Program-made: the position numbers and the translations under genes | Source of the DNA: Candidatus Buchananbacteria bacterium | GTDB taxonomy: Bacteria > Patescibacteriota > Patescibacteriia > Buchananbacterales > UBA6539 | Length of the DNA: 55,184 bases | Direction of reading: 5' to 3' | NCBI GenBank assembly: GCA_016930315.1 | Contig: JAFGGX010000024.1 | Span: 1-55,184, forward strand | In this document: one piece after another, positions 29,191-39,097 of the stretch | Layout: the number at the start of each line of letters is the position of its first letter | Position numbering within the stretch: the first letter of the stretch is position 1 | Notes under the pieces: model-generated | The model's input: the letters and a program-made list of their open reading frames with translations, nothing else | Told to the model about the DNA's origin: nothing | Databases searched by the model: none

Positions 29191-30221
29191 TAAAACTGCT
29201 TCAAAAATCTTAAATCGCTTTGATATAACTCGCGAATATCTGGAATGCTTAAACCCGGCTTCATTAAATAACACCGCTCCACCCCCCAGCCAAAAGCAAA
29301 ACCGGAATACTTTTTCGGATCAATTTTGCCGGCTTTCAAAACATTAGGGTGAACCATGCCCGCGCCACCAATTTCTAACCAACCGGATTTGCACATCCGG
29401 CAACCCTTGCCCTCGCACAAACCGCAAGAAATATCCACTTCAAAGCTCGGCTCAGTGAACTGAAAGTGATACGGCCGAATCCGCGCCGTGCGGTTTGGAC
29501 CAAAAAATTGCTTAGCAAAATAATCCAAAACACCTTTGAGGTGCGCAATGGTTACATCGGTGTCAATCATCAAACCTTCGAACTGGTGAAACATCGGCGC
29601 GTGGGAAATATCACTTTGGCGGCGATAACATTTAGAAATATTAGTCATGCGGATCGGCAATTCTTTCCGTTCCATTTCACGCACCTGGCCCGATGAGGTG
29701 TGCGGCGTTAACAATCTCTTGCCTTTTGGCCCGATTTCTTTATCGTCGATAAAAAATGTTTCCCATTCATCGCGGGCCGGATGATCGCCCGGCATATTCA
29801 ACGCCTCAAACGCATACCAATCCCATTCCACTTCCGGATAACGCACCCGATTAAAACCAATTCGTTCAAAAATTTCAGTGATTTCTCTGATTGCTTTGGT
29901 CATCAGATGCAAATGACCATTTGGTAATTCTGTGCCCGGCAAAGTTAAATCAAAAAACCGATCAATTTTCTGACTACCGGAAAGCTGATTGCGGATTTCG
30001 GTAATGGCATTTTCAATTTCACCACGTAGTTGATTGGCAAAATTACCAATTTCTTTCCGTTGATCTTCTGGCAAATTTTTTAAGCCACGCAAAACAGCCG
30101 TGAGCTCCCCAGCTTTACGGCCTAAAAATTTAATTTCCAGTTCATCTAAATCGGTCGGACTGGAAACTTTTTTGATTTCAGCATCAAAAAGCGCTTTTAA
30201 ACTTTCAAGTTTAGCTTTCAT
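29190..30221 (-). CDS. pheS: Phenylalanyl-tRNA synthetase alpha subunit
   Basis: HPARD, PHTSSGQ, FHQFEG, FQFTEPS, GAGMVHP, GFAFGWGVER. Confidence 0.97.
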   Translation of the reverse strand: MKAKLESLKALFDAEIKKVSSPTDLDELEIKFLGRKAGELTAVLRGLKNLPEDQRKEIGNFANQLRGEIENAITEIRNQLSGSQKIDRFFDLTLPGTELPNGHLHLMTKAIREITEIFERIGFNRVRYPEVEWDWYAFEALNMPGDHPARDEWETFFIDDKEIGPKGKRLLTPHTSSGQVREMERKELPIRMTNISKCYRRQSDISHAPMFHQFEGLMIDTDVTIAHLKGVLDYFAKQFFGPNRTARIRPYHFQFTEPSFEVDISCGLCEGKGCRMCKSGWLEIGGAGMVHPNVLKAGKIDPKKYSGFAFGWGVERCYLMKPGLSIPDIRELYQSDLRFLKQF

Positions 30222-30603
30222 AAAAATTATTTTTGCTGGCAGAAATAAAGAAAAATTCTAAAAAAGTTAAAATTAAAATAAATAAAATCACTACCCACCA
30301 GTAAGCTAAGCCTTTGCTTTGCAACATTAACCAGCCAGCGATCAAAATCGCAAAAAATAATGACTGGCGCACCGACGTTTTAAAACGATTGATCAGCTGC
30401 GTTTTTTTAGCAAAGCGCTGACGAAAAAATTCACTAATCAAAAATAGCAACCCAAAAACCACAAACATCAAACATAAATAAAATAAACTGAAAATCAGCC
30501 AGCTCGATTGGGCCGGATCGGTGTTATTAACTACCAACACCCAGCCAGTTAAAGCCAAAAGGCTGCCTAAAAAAATCAAAATTGAAAACACTTTACTGCT
30601 CAT
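30211..30603 (-). CDS. Four-TM hypothetical membrane protein
   Basis: Hydrophobic 130-aa ORF overlapping the pheS start. Confidence 0.75.
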   Translation of the reverse strand: MSSKVFSILIFLGSLLALTGWVLVVNNTDPAQSSWLIFSLFYLCLMFVVFGLLFLISEFFRQRFAKKTQLINRFKTSVRQSLFFAILIAGWLMLQSKGLAYWWVVILFILILTFLEFFFISASKNNFYES

Positions 30604-30652
30604 AAATAACGATTAAATTATATCAGAAAAGTTGTAATTGGTAAAGCGCAAG

Positions 30653-30709
30653 AGTCGCTCTGAACTTGTTTCAGAGCCTTAAAGGGGTCCTGAACTGAGT
30701 TCAGGACGA
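30653..30709. repeat. Inverted palindrome pair of the same family as 19921
   Basis: GTCGCTCTGAACTTGTTTCAGAG...GGGTCCTGAACTGAGTTCAGGACGAC. Confidence 0.75.
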
Positions 30710-30852
30710 CACTGTAATATACCGATGAATCATTGACTTAATTTGCCAAAAATGATAAGACCAAAGTGTTAACCTTTTGGTTGACTTTCGCCTTTTGGCG
30801 AAACAATTTTGGCACGGGCGTTGGACGCCTAAGAAAGCCTAGGAGGCTTGCC

Positions 30853-31590
30853 ATGAGTAACACAACGACTACTGCAGAGTATGAGAATCTACCGCCTGAA
30901 ATCAGAAGACAGATCGACATCGCGACCATGGTTACGCCGTATCCATTTCCGGATATCGGCGTAGTGAGTTGGGAAGGCAAGCTGGCTGATGAAGAATTAG
31001 GCCCAGAGCTTGCATACGTTTGCGCGAGGATGTTGCACTCTGAACCTTTCGCAACGATAAAAGAGATCCGCGACAGAAGAACAACGTCAGTTCTCCATCA
31101 GCTGTCTCATTGTGGTGGTTTTCCAGCCAGAAACATAATCAGGCCTGGCACATTCAAAACCGCGGTCACAATCCGCGGCTCGAAAGACGCTGACAGTGCC
31201 GGTGTCTTTTCTCTCCGCCCCCTGATCACCAAAACCTGGAAAAAAACCGAGGGAGAGGGAAGAAAACTCAAATCCGGCACCATGATGAGACAGCTCTGGC
31301 TCGCCGGCAAAATGTACGGAGCCAAGCCCCTGCTGGATTGCCCGACGGAAATCTTCGACGAGACAAGCCAAAGCCCTGGCCGACCCATCCATGACTATTT
31401 GTTGCGGATGATTAGCGCTGACCCGCTACAGCACCCGCACCTGTTCGTCGTCACCGTCAAGTTCAACCCCTGCCACGGAATCTATCTGCGTGACATCCTT
31501 ATCGTCAGGCCACCGTTCTCGGACCTGACTTGTACCGATGAATTGACAACCGATTCTATTAAGGCTCTCTACGCGAAAAAGGAAGGATAG
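30853..31590 (+). CDS. Orphan soluble protein, GC-richer than its flanks
   Basis: AGGAGG SD before ATG 30853; TTGACT promoter at 30733; terminator CCGCCAG/CTGGCGG at about 31609-31648. Confidence 0.7.
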   Translation: MSNTTTTAEYENLPPEIRRQIDIATMVTPYPFPDIGVVSWEGKLADEELGPELAYVCARMLHSEPFATIKEIRDRRTTSVLHQLSHCGGFPARNIIRPGTFKTAVTIRGSKDADSAGVFSLRPLITKTWKKTEGEGRKLKSGTMMRQLWLAGKMYGAKPLLDCPTEIFDETSQSPGRPIHDYLLRMISADPLQHPHLFVVTVKFNPCHGIYLRDILIVRPPFSDLTCTDELTTDSIKALYAKKEG

Positions 31591-31651
31591 ATCCAATCAA
31601 TCCAATCCCCGCCAGTGGACGCAGGTCTGCTGGCGGTTTTCCTTTTTTATA

Positions 31652-31761
31652 GATACGAATGAATACGAATGGATTATACGAATACTCCAGACCCCTCCCT
31701 ACATATCTGAGTCACAACAAAATGAAACTATAAAGCACTCCCTCCCCTTTAAGGGGAGGGA
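31652..31761. repeat. ATACGAAT direct repeats plus CCTCCCCTTTAAGGGGAGG palindrome
   Basis: Three ATACGAAT copies; perfect palindrome at about 31741-31759. Confidence 0.6.
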
Positions 31762-31768
31762 TTTTAAG

Positions 31769-34700
31769 CTAAGTGTTGCGGGGCGGGGTCTCTGGTGGCC
31801 ACTTGGCACTACGAATTTCGCGGATGATTTTGACAATTTTTTTCTGCAAATTATCTAATTCTTTTTGACTGCCCAAAAAACTCACTTTATTGCCAGTTTC
31901 TAAATAATAAAAAGTTAATTTCTCTACCCGTTCATTCAATGTCTGCTGAGCAGCCAACTGATAAATCAACAACTGCTGCTTATCATCAGCGCTCAAAGTC
32001 GCTTCGGTTTTGCCTTGGCCGGTTTTGTAATCGATAATTTCAATGCCGGAATTCATTTGATCGACTCGGTCAATTTTACCAATCAAAGTATAAATTTCTC
32101 CACTTTCTTCGTCGGGAATCCGCAAACTAAAAGGTTGTTCCAAAAATTTCGGTATTGGCAAAGTTTTTTGATAATCTTTATAAAAATCTTTCAAGGCTTT
32201 TTTGCCCCGTTCAAAAAAATCATCGTGCTCGCTGCGACTTTGATACCAATCATCAATCCAATTTTTTTGATACAAATTTAACAATTCATCTAGGCTAACT
32301 TTAACTTCGGTTTGTTTTTCCGATTTGCTTAGGGTATTGCCAAACAAATCCTGTTGCTGAGCGCTTGACCGTTGGCGCACCATTAAAAAGAATTGCTGCA
32401 AAGTTAAATGCAAAGTTGAACCAAACGAAAATATATTTTTGCCTTTCTGCGGAATTTTTAAAATATAATCCAACCAATATTGATACGGATCGCGTTCAAA
32501 AAGTTTAATTTGAGTGAAAGAAAATTTGGTCGGCAGCATTCTTTGCCAATCGTCGTCAACCACAATTTGATTTTGGCCCAAACCATAACTACCCATCTGT
32601 TTTTCGGCCTGACTAGCTTCGTCGGCAAGCTTCAAACCAAAATTACCCAGCTCCACTAAAAACTGCGATAACTTTTTTTTGCGCGCGCCGCCATAATCAA
32701 CGGCGCTGGTTAGATACAAGCCCTGTTTGGCCCGCGTCATCGCTACATAAAAAAGTCGGCGTTCTTCTTGGATGTGCGCGTCGCCTTCCGGCAAAATCTC
32801 TTTGATTAATTTTTCGGGTAAAGTAATCGGATCAGATCGGTCGTCAGTTGGAAACCGCCGATCAACTAAGTTGACCAAAAAAACATATTTGAATTCCAAA
32901 CCCTTGGCGGCGTGAACGGTCATCACTTTAACCGTGTCTGGCCCTTCTTCTAAATTTTGGACCAAACTGCCCGCTTCGCCGGCTTCCAATTCCAAATCAA
33001 TTAACTGCAAAAAATTTTTAACTGTCGGTTCATTAGTTGAGCGTTCAAACTCAATAATTTTTCGATAAAATTGATTTAAAAAATCAGCGTTTTCCGACAG
33101 TTCCGGATTTTGCGATTCGGCAATCAGCTGGCTGTACCCCGTGTCTTCCAAAAAATTAACCAAAACTTCGCCAACTGATTTTTCTTTAGCTAGTTGGCTG
33201 TGCTTGTCAACCCAGGCAATTAATTTTTGAATTTTTTCTTTGATTTCTTGGCTGGTGTGGTTGATCACTTCCGGCAGCTGAATAGTTTTGTATAGTGAAT
33301 AGCCTTTGCGCCGCGCCCAGTAGTTAAAGTTGACCAATTCTTGATGGCGTAATCCGACAATCGGCGAATTCAAAATCCGGTAAACCGCATCGCTTTCATG
33401 ATAATTATCTAACAGCCGCAAATAAGCCAAAACGTCCAAAATAATCGGCTTGCTGTAAAGGCCGCGCGAAGCGACAAACCGGTGAGGAATCTGAGTTTGG
33501 CTCAAAGCGGCCGAAAAATTGTTGGCTGCGTCGTTGGTTCTGGCTAAAATTGCAAAATCCGCCCAGCTGCAATCATGATCTTTTTCTTTCAGTTCAGCAA
33601 TTTTTTCTAAAACCGATTTAATCTCGTCGTCACCAGTTTGCAAATGCAAATGTTTGATTTCTCCGCTTTGTTTGGTTGAAGAAACCAAGCGCTTGGATAA
33701 TTTTTTACTTTTACCTTTAGCTAATTTAACTTCCAACCGATCCGGATTATTTTGTTGAATAAATTTGTAGGATAGGTCCAAAATGTCTTGAGTTGACCGA
33801 TAATTTTTGGTTAAAAATATTTCTTCGGCGTCTTTGTAATCTTTTTTAAATTCCAAAATATTGGAAACCGATGCACCGCGGAATTTATAAATTGATTGAT
33901 CATCGTCGCCCACCACCGTGATATTATTTTTTGAGGCCGCTAACAGGCGCACCAAGTCATACTGAGCGTGATTAGTATCTTGAAATTCATCAACTAAAAT
34001 ATATTTAAACTGATTGCGGTACTTAGCCAAAATTAACGGCCGAGTTTTAAAAAGCTGCAAACAATAATTAATCAAATCACCAAAATCCAAACTATTGTGC
34101 TCCAACAACAACTGCTGATAAGTGTGATAAGCATTAGCGGCTTCTTCCACCTTTTTGATTTCTTGGAAAATTAATTCCTTTTTTTCTTTTTTACTTAAAT
34201 CTTTAATCAAAGCCGGCTCAACTAAAGTTTTAACAAAATCGGGATTGTCGGCATTCAATTTTAAATCCTGAACATAATCTAAATATTGCTGCGGGGTGAT
34301 GGCTTCGTCTTTAGCGCGAGAAAATAATTTAATTAAAGCGTGAATAAATTTAGTTGGATTGCCAACCGGCCGATAGTAATCTAAATCAAACTTGTCTAAA
34401 TTTTGACGAACCAGCATCCACTGTTCGGTTTGGTTCAATAATTTAAAATCATTGGGCAAACCAATATCAATGGCGTGGAGTTTTAAAATTTTTTCAGCAA
34501 AAGCATGAAAAGTCGAAATCCAAAAATCAACATAACCATAAGGCACCACCCGGTCAACCCGTTCTTCCACCTCACCGGCCGCCTTGTCGGTAAAAGTTAG
34601 CGCCAAAATTTCGTGCGGCTGGGCCTTTTTTTGTTCGATAATCCAACCGATGCGCTGAGTAATCACGGTGGTTTTCCCGGTACCCGCGCCAGCCACAATC

Positions 34701-34771
34701 AACAAAGGCCCGTCGGTATGAACAACGGCCTTTTTTTGTTCTGGATTTAGATTTTTAAGATTAATTTCCAT
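31769..34771 (-). CDS. UvrD/PcrA-family helicase with C-terminal PD-(D/E)xK nuclease domain
   Basis: AGAGTGKT, LVDEFQD, VVGDDDQSIYKFRGA, NYRS, TVHAAKGLEF, EERRLFYVAMTRA; GKIDRVD...IIDYKTG, QLLIY. Confidence 0.93.
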   Translation of the reverse strand: MEINLKNLNPEQKKAVVHTDGPLLIVAGAGTGKTTVITQRIGWIIEQKKAQPHEILALTFTDKAAGEVEERVDRVVPYGYVDFWISTFHAFAEKILKLHAIDIGLPNDFKLLNQTEQWMLVRQNLDKFDLDYYRPVGNPTKFIHALIKLFSRAKDEAITPQQYLDYVQDLKLNADNPDFVKTLVEPALIKDLSKKEKKELIFQEIKKVEEAANAYHTYQQLLLEHNSLDFGDLINYCLQLFKTRPLILAKYRNQFKYILVDEFQDTNHAQYDLVRLLAASKNNITVVGDDDQSIYKFRGASVSNILEFKKDYKDAEEIFLTKNYRSTQDILDLSYKFIQQNNPDRLEVKLAKGKSKKLSKRLVSSTKQSGEIKHLHLQTGDDEIKSVLEKIAELKEKDHDCSWADFAILARTNDAANNFSAALSQTQIPHRFVASRGLYSKPIILDVLAYLRLLDNYHESDAVYRILNSPIVGLRHQELVNFNYWARRKGYSLYKTIQLPEVINHTSQEIKEKIQKLIAWVDKHSQLAKEKSVGEVLVNFLEDTGYSQLIAESQNPELSENADFLNQFYRKIIEFERSTNEPTVKNFLQLIDLELEAGEAGSLVQNLEEGPDTVKVMTVHAAKGLEFKYVFLVNLVDRRFPTDDRSDPITLPEKLIKEILPEGDAHIQEERRLFYVAMTRAKQGLYLTSAVDYGGARKKKLSQFLVELGNFGLKLADEASQAEKQMGSYGLGQNQIVVDDDWQRMLPTKFSFTQIKLFERDPYQYWLDYILKIPQKGKNIFSFGSTLHLTLQQFFLMVRQRSSAQQQDLFGNTLSKSEKQTEVKVSLDELLNLYQKNWIDDWYQSRSEHDDFFERGKKALKDFYKDYQKTLPIPKFLEQPFSLRIPDEESGEIYTLIGKIDRVDQMNSGIEIIDYKTGQGKTEATLSADDKQQLLIYQLAAQQTLNERVEKLTFYYLETGNKVSFLGSQKELDNLQKKIVKIIREIRSAKWPPETPPRNT

Positions 34772-34825
34772 GGTTCTATTTTAACATATTTATCAGCCAA
34801 TGCTAAGTTAAAAATCTCAACAAAT

Positions 34826-34864
34826 GGAAAGGGTCGACGCACCACCTAGTGGACGCGCCGACCC
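34826..34864 (-). terminator. Terminator of the microprotein pair
   Basis: GGGTCGGCGCG...TGCGTCGACCC followed by TTTCC on the minus strand. Confidence 0.6.
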
Positions 34865-34900
34865 GTGAACTCTGATGCGGCTTTGCACCGGGAGAAAAAC

Positions 34901-35017
34901 TCAAGAACTGAGCTTCTTCCAGCGGTTATTCCGCCGACCCCGACAGCCCTCCGGTTGCCACTTCTTCGCGCGATTGTTTCGCCTGTACTTGCCATGACGC
35001 TTGCCTCTACGCTTCAT
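34901..35017 (-). CDS. 38-aa highly basic microprotein (absent from the ORF track)
   Basis: GGAAAGGTGATTT-ATG; MKRRGKRHGKYRRNNRAKKWQPEGCRGRRNNRWKKLSS*. Confidence 0.55.
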   Translation of the reverse strand: MKRRGKRHGKYRRNNRAKKWQPEGCRGRRNNRWKKLSS

Positions 35018-35089
35018 AAATCACCTTTCCTTCCAAAGGTCGAGGGTTGACCGCCTTTTACCAGCGGCCACTGAAATGATCAGAAAAGC

Positions 35090-35275
35090 TTACGCGTGCT
35101 GATGTCTCTCTCGAGTCTTTCCCTGCCCATACCCACGAGTCCTGGCAAAGGCGGGGCACTTGTTACAGTCGATGTTCTTGCCATCTCCGCCCTTGCCCCT
35201 CAGCTTCTTACAATCCCTCCTGTTGAATCTAAGGCCACACTGCGTGGGTGATGCTGTCGATTTCTTGCATGACAT
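35090..35275 (-). CDS. 61-aa basic Cys-rich microprotein
   Basis: AAAGGAG SD; five Cys including CNKC; upstream TTGACT-17-TAATTT promoter at about 35348-35376. Confidence 0.6.
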   Translation of the reverse strand: MSCKKSTASPTQCGLRFNRRDCKKLRGKGGDGKNIDCNKCPAFARTRGYGQGKTRERHQHA

Positions 35276-35487
35276 GCGAAAATCTCCTTTCTACGAGTCA
35301 TATCGAACAGAAATCAGGAGGCCAATTTGCAATAGCCTACCTAAATTAAATTAATACTATTCCCCTTTTTAGTCAATATTGACTAATTTTTGAAAAAATT
35401 CAATTTTAAAAACAAAGACCCCGGCTCATCGTCACTGCTAACAGTAACCGACAAGCCGGGGGAAATTTTCCTCCAGTTGTATTGTAG

Positions 35488-36363
35488 TTAAGTAACCGTA
35501 ACTTCCAAGGCGTATTCGATTGCGTCGCGATACCGACGAGCAGCACTGGCCGCTTCAGTTGTAAAATCACTGCGCTGGCTGCTAGCATGAGTAATCGCGC
35601 TGGAGACATTAACGAGGAACTGAAAGTGCCTCGCATGCCGAACCGTCTCGACGATATCACCGCCCTGTTTACCAATGCCCGGCAAAAGTAGCGTGGTGGT
35701 TTCGGGGATGAACCCTACAAGAGAAGCAATCTCTTGGGGTTTGGTTGCCCCCATGACCAAGCCAACGTTGGCGGTTCCTTCTTGCTCTTGCCGAGCTGTT
35801 TCTACCGCCACTTTCTGCCACAGTTTGGGGTTTTTGATCGAATATTCTGCACCGTCGAAACCATGGAGAGGTTCGGACAAAGTACAATCCTGGTAGTCCG
35901 CTGCGCCGGGGTTAGAGGTACGCGCCAGGACAAAAATCCCGCACTCAGGTCCGTATTCCAGCCAAGGTCCCAGAGTATCCAACCCCATATACGGATTGAC
36001 CGTCGCGGCATCTGCTCCCAACGCTTTGAACATTTCGGCGACGTACGCTTTGGCCGAAGCGGCAATGTCGCCCCTTTTACCATCGACAATCACCGGCGTT
36101 TTGAATTTAACCTGGATTTCACCAATCAACTCGGGCAAGATCTCCGTCGCATTGAGCGCGGCGAGAAAGCCGAAATTGAGCTCGAAAGCGCAGGCGAATT
36201 CCGCCGTCGCTTTTACGATATCCAGACAAAACGCCAAAACGCTTCTGGCCCGATCCGGATCGACGTGTTCAGGCAACTTGTCTCGGTTCGGATCGATGCC
36301 GACACACAGCCTGGTCTTGCGTCCTTTTTGCACTGCAAGAACGCGGTCTCTGAAAGAGGCCAT
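35488..36363 (-). CDS. pyrF: Orotidine-5'-phosphate decarboxylase (type 2)
   Basis: LCVGIDP, DGKRGDI, TVNPYMG, TSNPG, GLVMGAT, LLPGIGKQGG. Confidence 0.92.
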   Translation of the reverse strand: MASFRDRVLAVQKGRKTRLCVGIDPNRDKLPEHVDPDRARSVLAFCLDIVKATAEFACAFELNFGFLAALNATEILPELIGEIQVKFKTPVIVDGKRGDIAASAKAYVAEMFKALGADAATVNPYMGLDTLGPWLEYGPECGIFVLARTSNPGAADYQDCTLSEPLHGFDGAEYSIKNPKLWQKVAVETARQEQEGTANVGLVMGATKPQEIASLVGFIPETTTLLLPGIGKQGGDIVETVRHARHFQFLVNVSSAITHASSQRSDFTTEAASAARRYRDAIEYALEVTVT

Positions 36364-36435
36364 GACTTAAACTCCTTTCCGGTTGATGGTTAACCACTGG
36401 CGTGGCCGATTAAAATCACCTCACGTTCTCGCGAC

Positions 36436-37218
36436 TTAAGCCGCTCCAATCAATTTTGCCCAATCCTTTTTCGGGTCAGTGATCGCCTCGCTGCCGGCTT
36501 CACAGTAGGGACAGTTGTCGCGTTCGTAGTTCGGAACGTCGATCTTCAAAACTGGCAGAATAATACTGTCTCCGGCCCTGTTGGGAGCGGCTAAATCCGC
36601 CGGTCGGTAAATCAAGACCGGCGTATACCCAAAAAACTCCACGGCCGGGTTGGCTTGACGAATAGCAGCCTGAACGGCCTCGGGTGTACCACAAGTCGTA
36701 GTCAGTTCCTCGACATTAAGTACCACTTCGCCGGATGGGATGGCGCACTTCTGCCAGAGTTGAGTCTTGCCCTTCGGATCCGATGGGTCCTTTTGCAATG
36801 GATGCCAGTTTTTACCCAAAAGCGTCGCCACAGCGAAGGACAAGCCGATGGCCGAAGTTGCCGAGCCGGCCACCCATTGGAAATCACACGGATTGATACC
36901 TGAGGCTTGCATTTCATGGACAATTGCTTTGGCCATAAACATACAGAGAGCAGCATTACGTAAAACCATGGGACAGTTATAGTACGCCCCGCTGTGCAGC
37001 CCACTGCGCAAAACCACATGCGCGATATCCGGATGTTTCACTTCATGATCGGCCATTTCACAGTCAGGATGACGCCAACCCGCCTGGCAAGCACTGAAAA
37101 CAGACTCAACCAAGTCGGGTGTTGCATCTTCGATACCCAAACAGGAAACGATAGACATGGCGGTCCTAAGATCACCACGTCTAATCGCATCAAGGAATGG
37201 AATCTTCGGTTCAGACAT
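36436..37218 (-). CDS. pyrE: Divergent orotate phosphoribosyltransferase
   Basis: H.VLRSGLHS..Y; PRPP-loop-like VLNVEELTTTCGT; C-terminal CPYC; adjacent to pyrF. Confidence 0.75.
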   Translation of the reverse strand: MSEPKIPFLDAIRRGDLRTAMSIVSCLGIEDATPDLVESVFSACQAGWRHPDCEMADHEVKHPDIAHVVLRSGLHSGAYYNCPMVLRNAALCMFMAKAIVHEMQASGINPCDFQWVAGSATSAIGLSFAVATLLGKNWHPLQKDPSDPKGKTQLWQKCAIPSGEVVLNVEELTTTCGTPEAVQAAIRQANPAVEFFGYTPVLIYRPADLAAPNRAGDSIILPVLKIDVPNYERDNCPYCEAGSEAITDPKKDWAKLIGAA

Positions 37219-37515
37219 GAGTCTAATCCTACCTTTCTCAAAAAAATGTAAAGGAGCGCGAAATGCCCTCCTTGATGTTCACTTATCAAAAAGATTAGTC
37301 TTTTTAAACCAACAAGTCAACTAATTTTCGAAATTCATTTTTGCTAAAATTAGCCATAAAAAAATAAAAATCAAGGAGTAAACCTCGACCCTTGACACTT
37401 TAGCCTATCTAACTTAGAATATTGGTGTTTTTAATGGCCAAAAATCAACGCTTTTAATTTACAAAAGCGTTAAAAAATTGTATAATTTGAATTCGAAATA
37501 CTTAAATCAACGAAA

Positions 37516-37830
37516 ATGGCCATCAATAGAAAAGAACTTTGGCAAATCGGCGCAACCTTTTTTGGCATCATTTCCGCTTGGGTGGCCGCGCCAATCGTTT
37601 TAGCCTTGTTTGTCGGCAGCTGGCTGGATAACAGATACCAAACTGCTCCCTGGTGGACATTAGGCCTAGTATTATCTGCCTTTGTTATTTCTAATATCGG
37701 CATTTATCAAGAAAGTAAAAAATTACTTAATAAATTAGACCAAACTAAAACTAAAAACACCGTTTCTAAAACTTTGAATCAAAATGACCGAAACCAATCA
37801 CAATCCGGAGACACAAGTCAGCCAAGATAA
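37516..37830 (+). CDS. AtpZ/AtpI-family protein
   Basis: Two TMs with G.WLD.RY.T.P; first gene of the atp operon. Confidence 0.8.
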   Translation: MAINRKELWQIGATFFGIISAWVAAPIVLALFVGSWLDNRYQTAPWWTLGLVLSAFVISNIGIYQESKKLLNKLDQTKTKNTVSKTLNQNDRNQSQSGDTSQPR

Positions 37831-38710
37831 TATTGATAACGTCGCTGTTGAACACGAAATCCAAATCGACGAACATCAAGAAATCAGCCATGAATCAACT
37901 TTATTTGCTGAACCAATTTTCAATCTTGGAAACTTTACTATCACCAATTCCCTGCTCAATTCCTGGATTGCCATTTTCATCATCATCGTTTTATCTTTTA
38001 TTATCAAAATAAAATTAAAAAAAATTCCGGGCAAACTCCAAAGTTACGTTGAAGTGATTATCGACGGTACCCTTAATCTAGCCGATTCGGTCACCGGCTC
38101 TCGCGAAAAATCACTCAAATTTTTACCGGTTGTTTTCCCGCTTTTTATTTTTATTCTTTTAAACAACTGGCTGGGCCTTTTACCGGGCGTCGGTTCAATC
38201 GGCTATATTGCAGCTGAACACGGCGAATTGGTTTTTGTGCCGTTTTTGCGCGGCGCCACTGCAGACTTAAACACTACTTTAGCCTTATCGATTTTTGCAG
38301 TCATCGCTACTCATATTTTTAGTGTTTTTACCACCAGTTTTTGGAAATATTTAAACCGGTTTATCGGTATCGACTTAATTACGGTTATCCCAAGAAAAAT
38401 TTTTAAAGAAAAAGATTATTCTGCTTTACTGGTTCACCCAATCAAATTTTTTGTCGGCATTGTTGAAATTGTTGGCGAGTTGGCTAAAGTCGCCTCGCTT
38501 TCCTTTCGGTTATTCGGCAATATTTTTGCCGGCGAAGTTTTGATGGGCGCTATGGCTGCAATCTTTGCTTATGCTTTGCCAATCCCGTTTATGTTTTTAG
38601 AATTGATTGTCGGTATTATCCAAGCCCTGATTTTTGCTATGCTGACCTTGGTATTTTTGACCGTGTTAACTACCGATCATGATGAACATGAAGAACAGCC
38701 AACTCACTAA
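37784..38710 (+). CDS. atpB: ATP synthase Fo subunit a
   Basis: NWLGLLP, TADLNTT, SLSFRLFGNIFAGE, IQALIF. Confidence 0.96.
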   Translation: MTETNHNPETQVSQDNIDNVAVEHEIQIDEHQEISHESTLFAEPIFNLGNFTITNSLLNSWIAIFIIIVLSFIIKIKLKKIPGKLQSYVEVIIDGTLNLADSVTGSREKSLKFLPVVFPLFIFILLNNWLGLLPGVGSIGYIAAEHGELVFVPFLRGATADLNTTLALSIFAVIATHIFSVFTTSFWKYLNRFIGIDLITVIPRKIFKEKDYSALLVHPIKFFVGIVEIVGELAKVASLSFRLFGNIFAGEVLMGAMAAIFAYALPIPFMFLELIVGIIQALIFAMLTLVFLTVLTTDHDEHEEQPTH

Positions 38711-38778
38711 GTCTAATTAATTTATTAAATAATTACTAAATAATTTGCAGCTTTAAAACTGCAAAATAAAAGGAGTAA

Positions 38779-38994
<216 letters not shown>

Positions 38995-39022
38995 TAGCGA
39001 TTTTAGAGTCGGCATTTCTCGC

Positions 39023-39049
39023 TGTCATTCCCGCGAAAGCGGGAATCCA
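39023..39049. repeat. dRS3/REP-like palindrome between atpE and atpF
   Basis: TGTCATTCCCGCGAAAGCGGGAATC, identical to the copy at 16541. Confidence 0.85.
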
Positions 39050-39097
39050 CTATAGGATACAAAGAAGTGCTGACCAATAAAATCATTATTAAAAATT

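Noticed and set aside
30604..30730. T-box upstream of pheS (also checked upstream of metG)
   Set aside because: No GGUGGNACC antiterminator motif found on the minus strand in either region.
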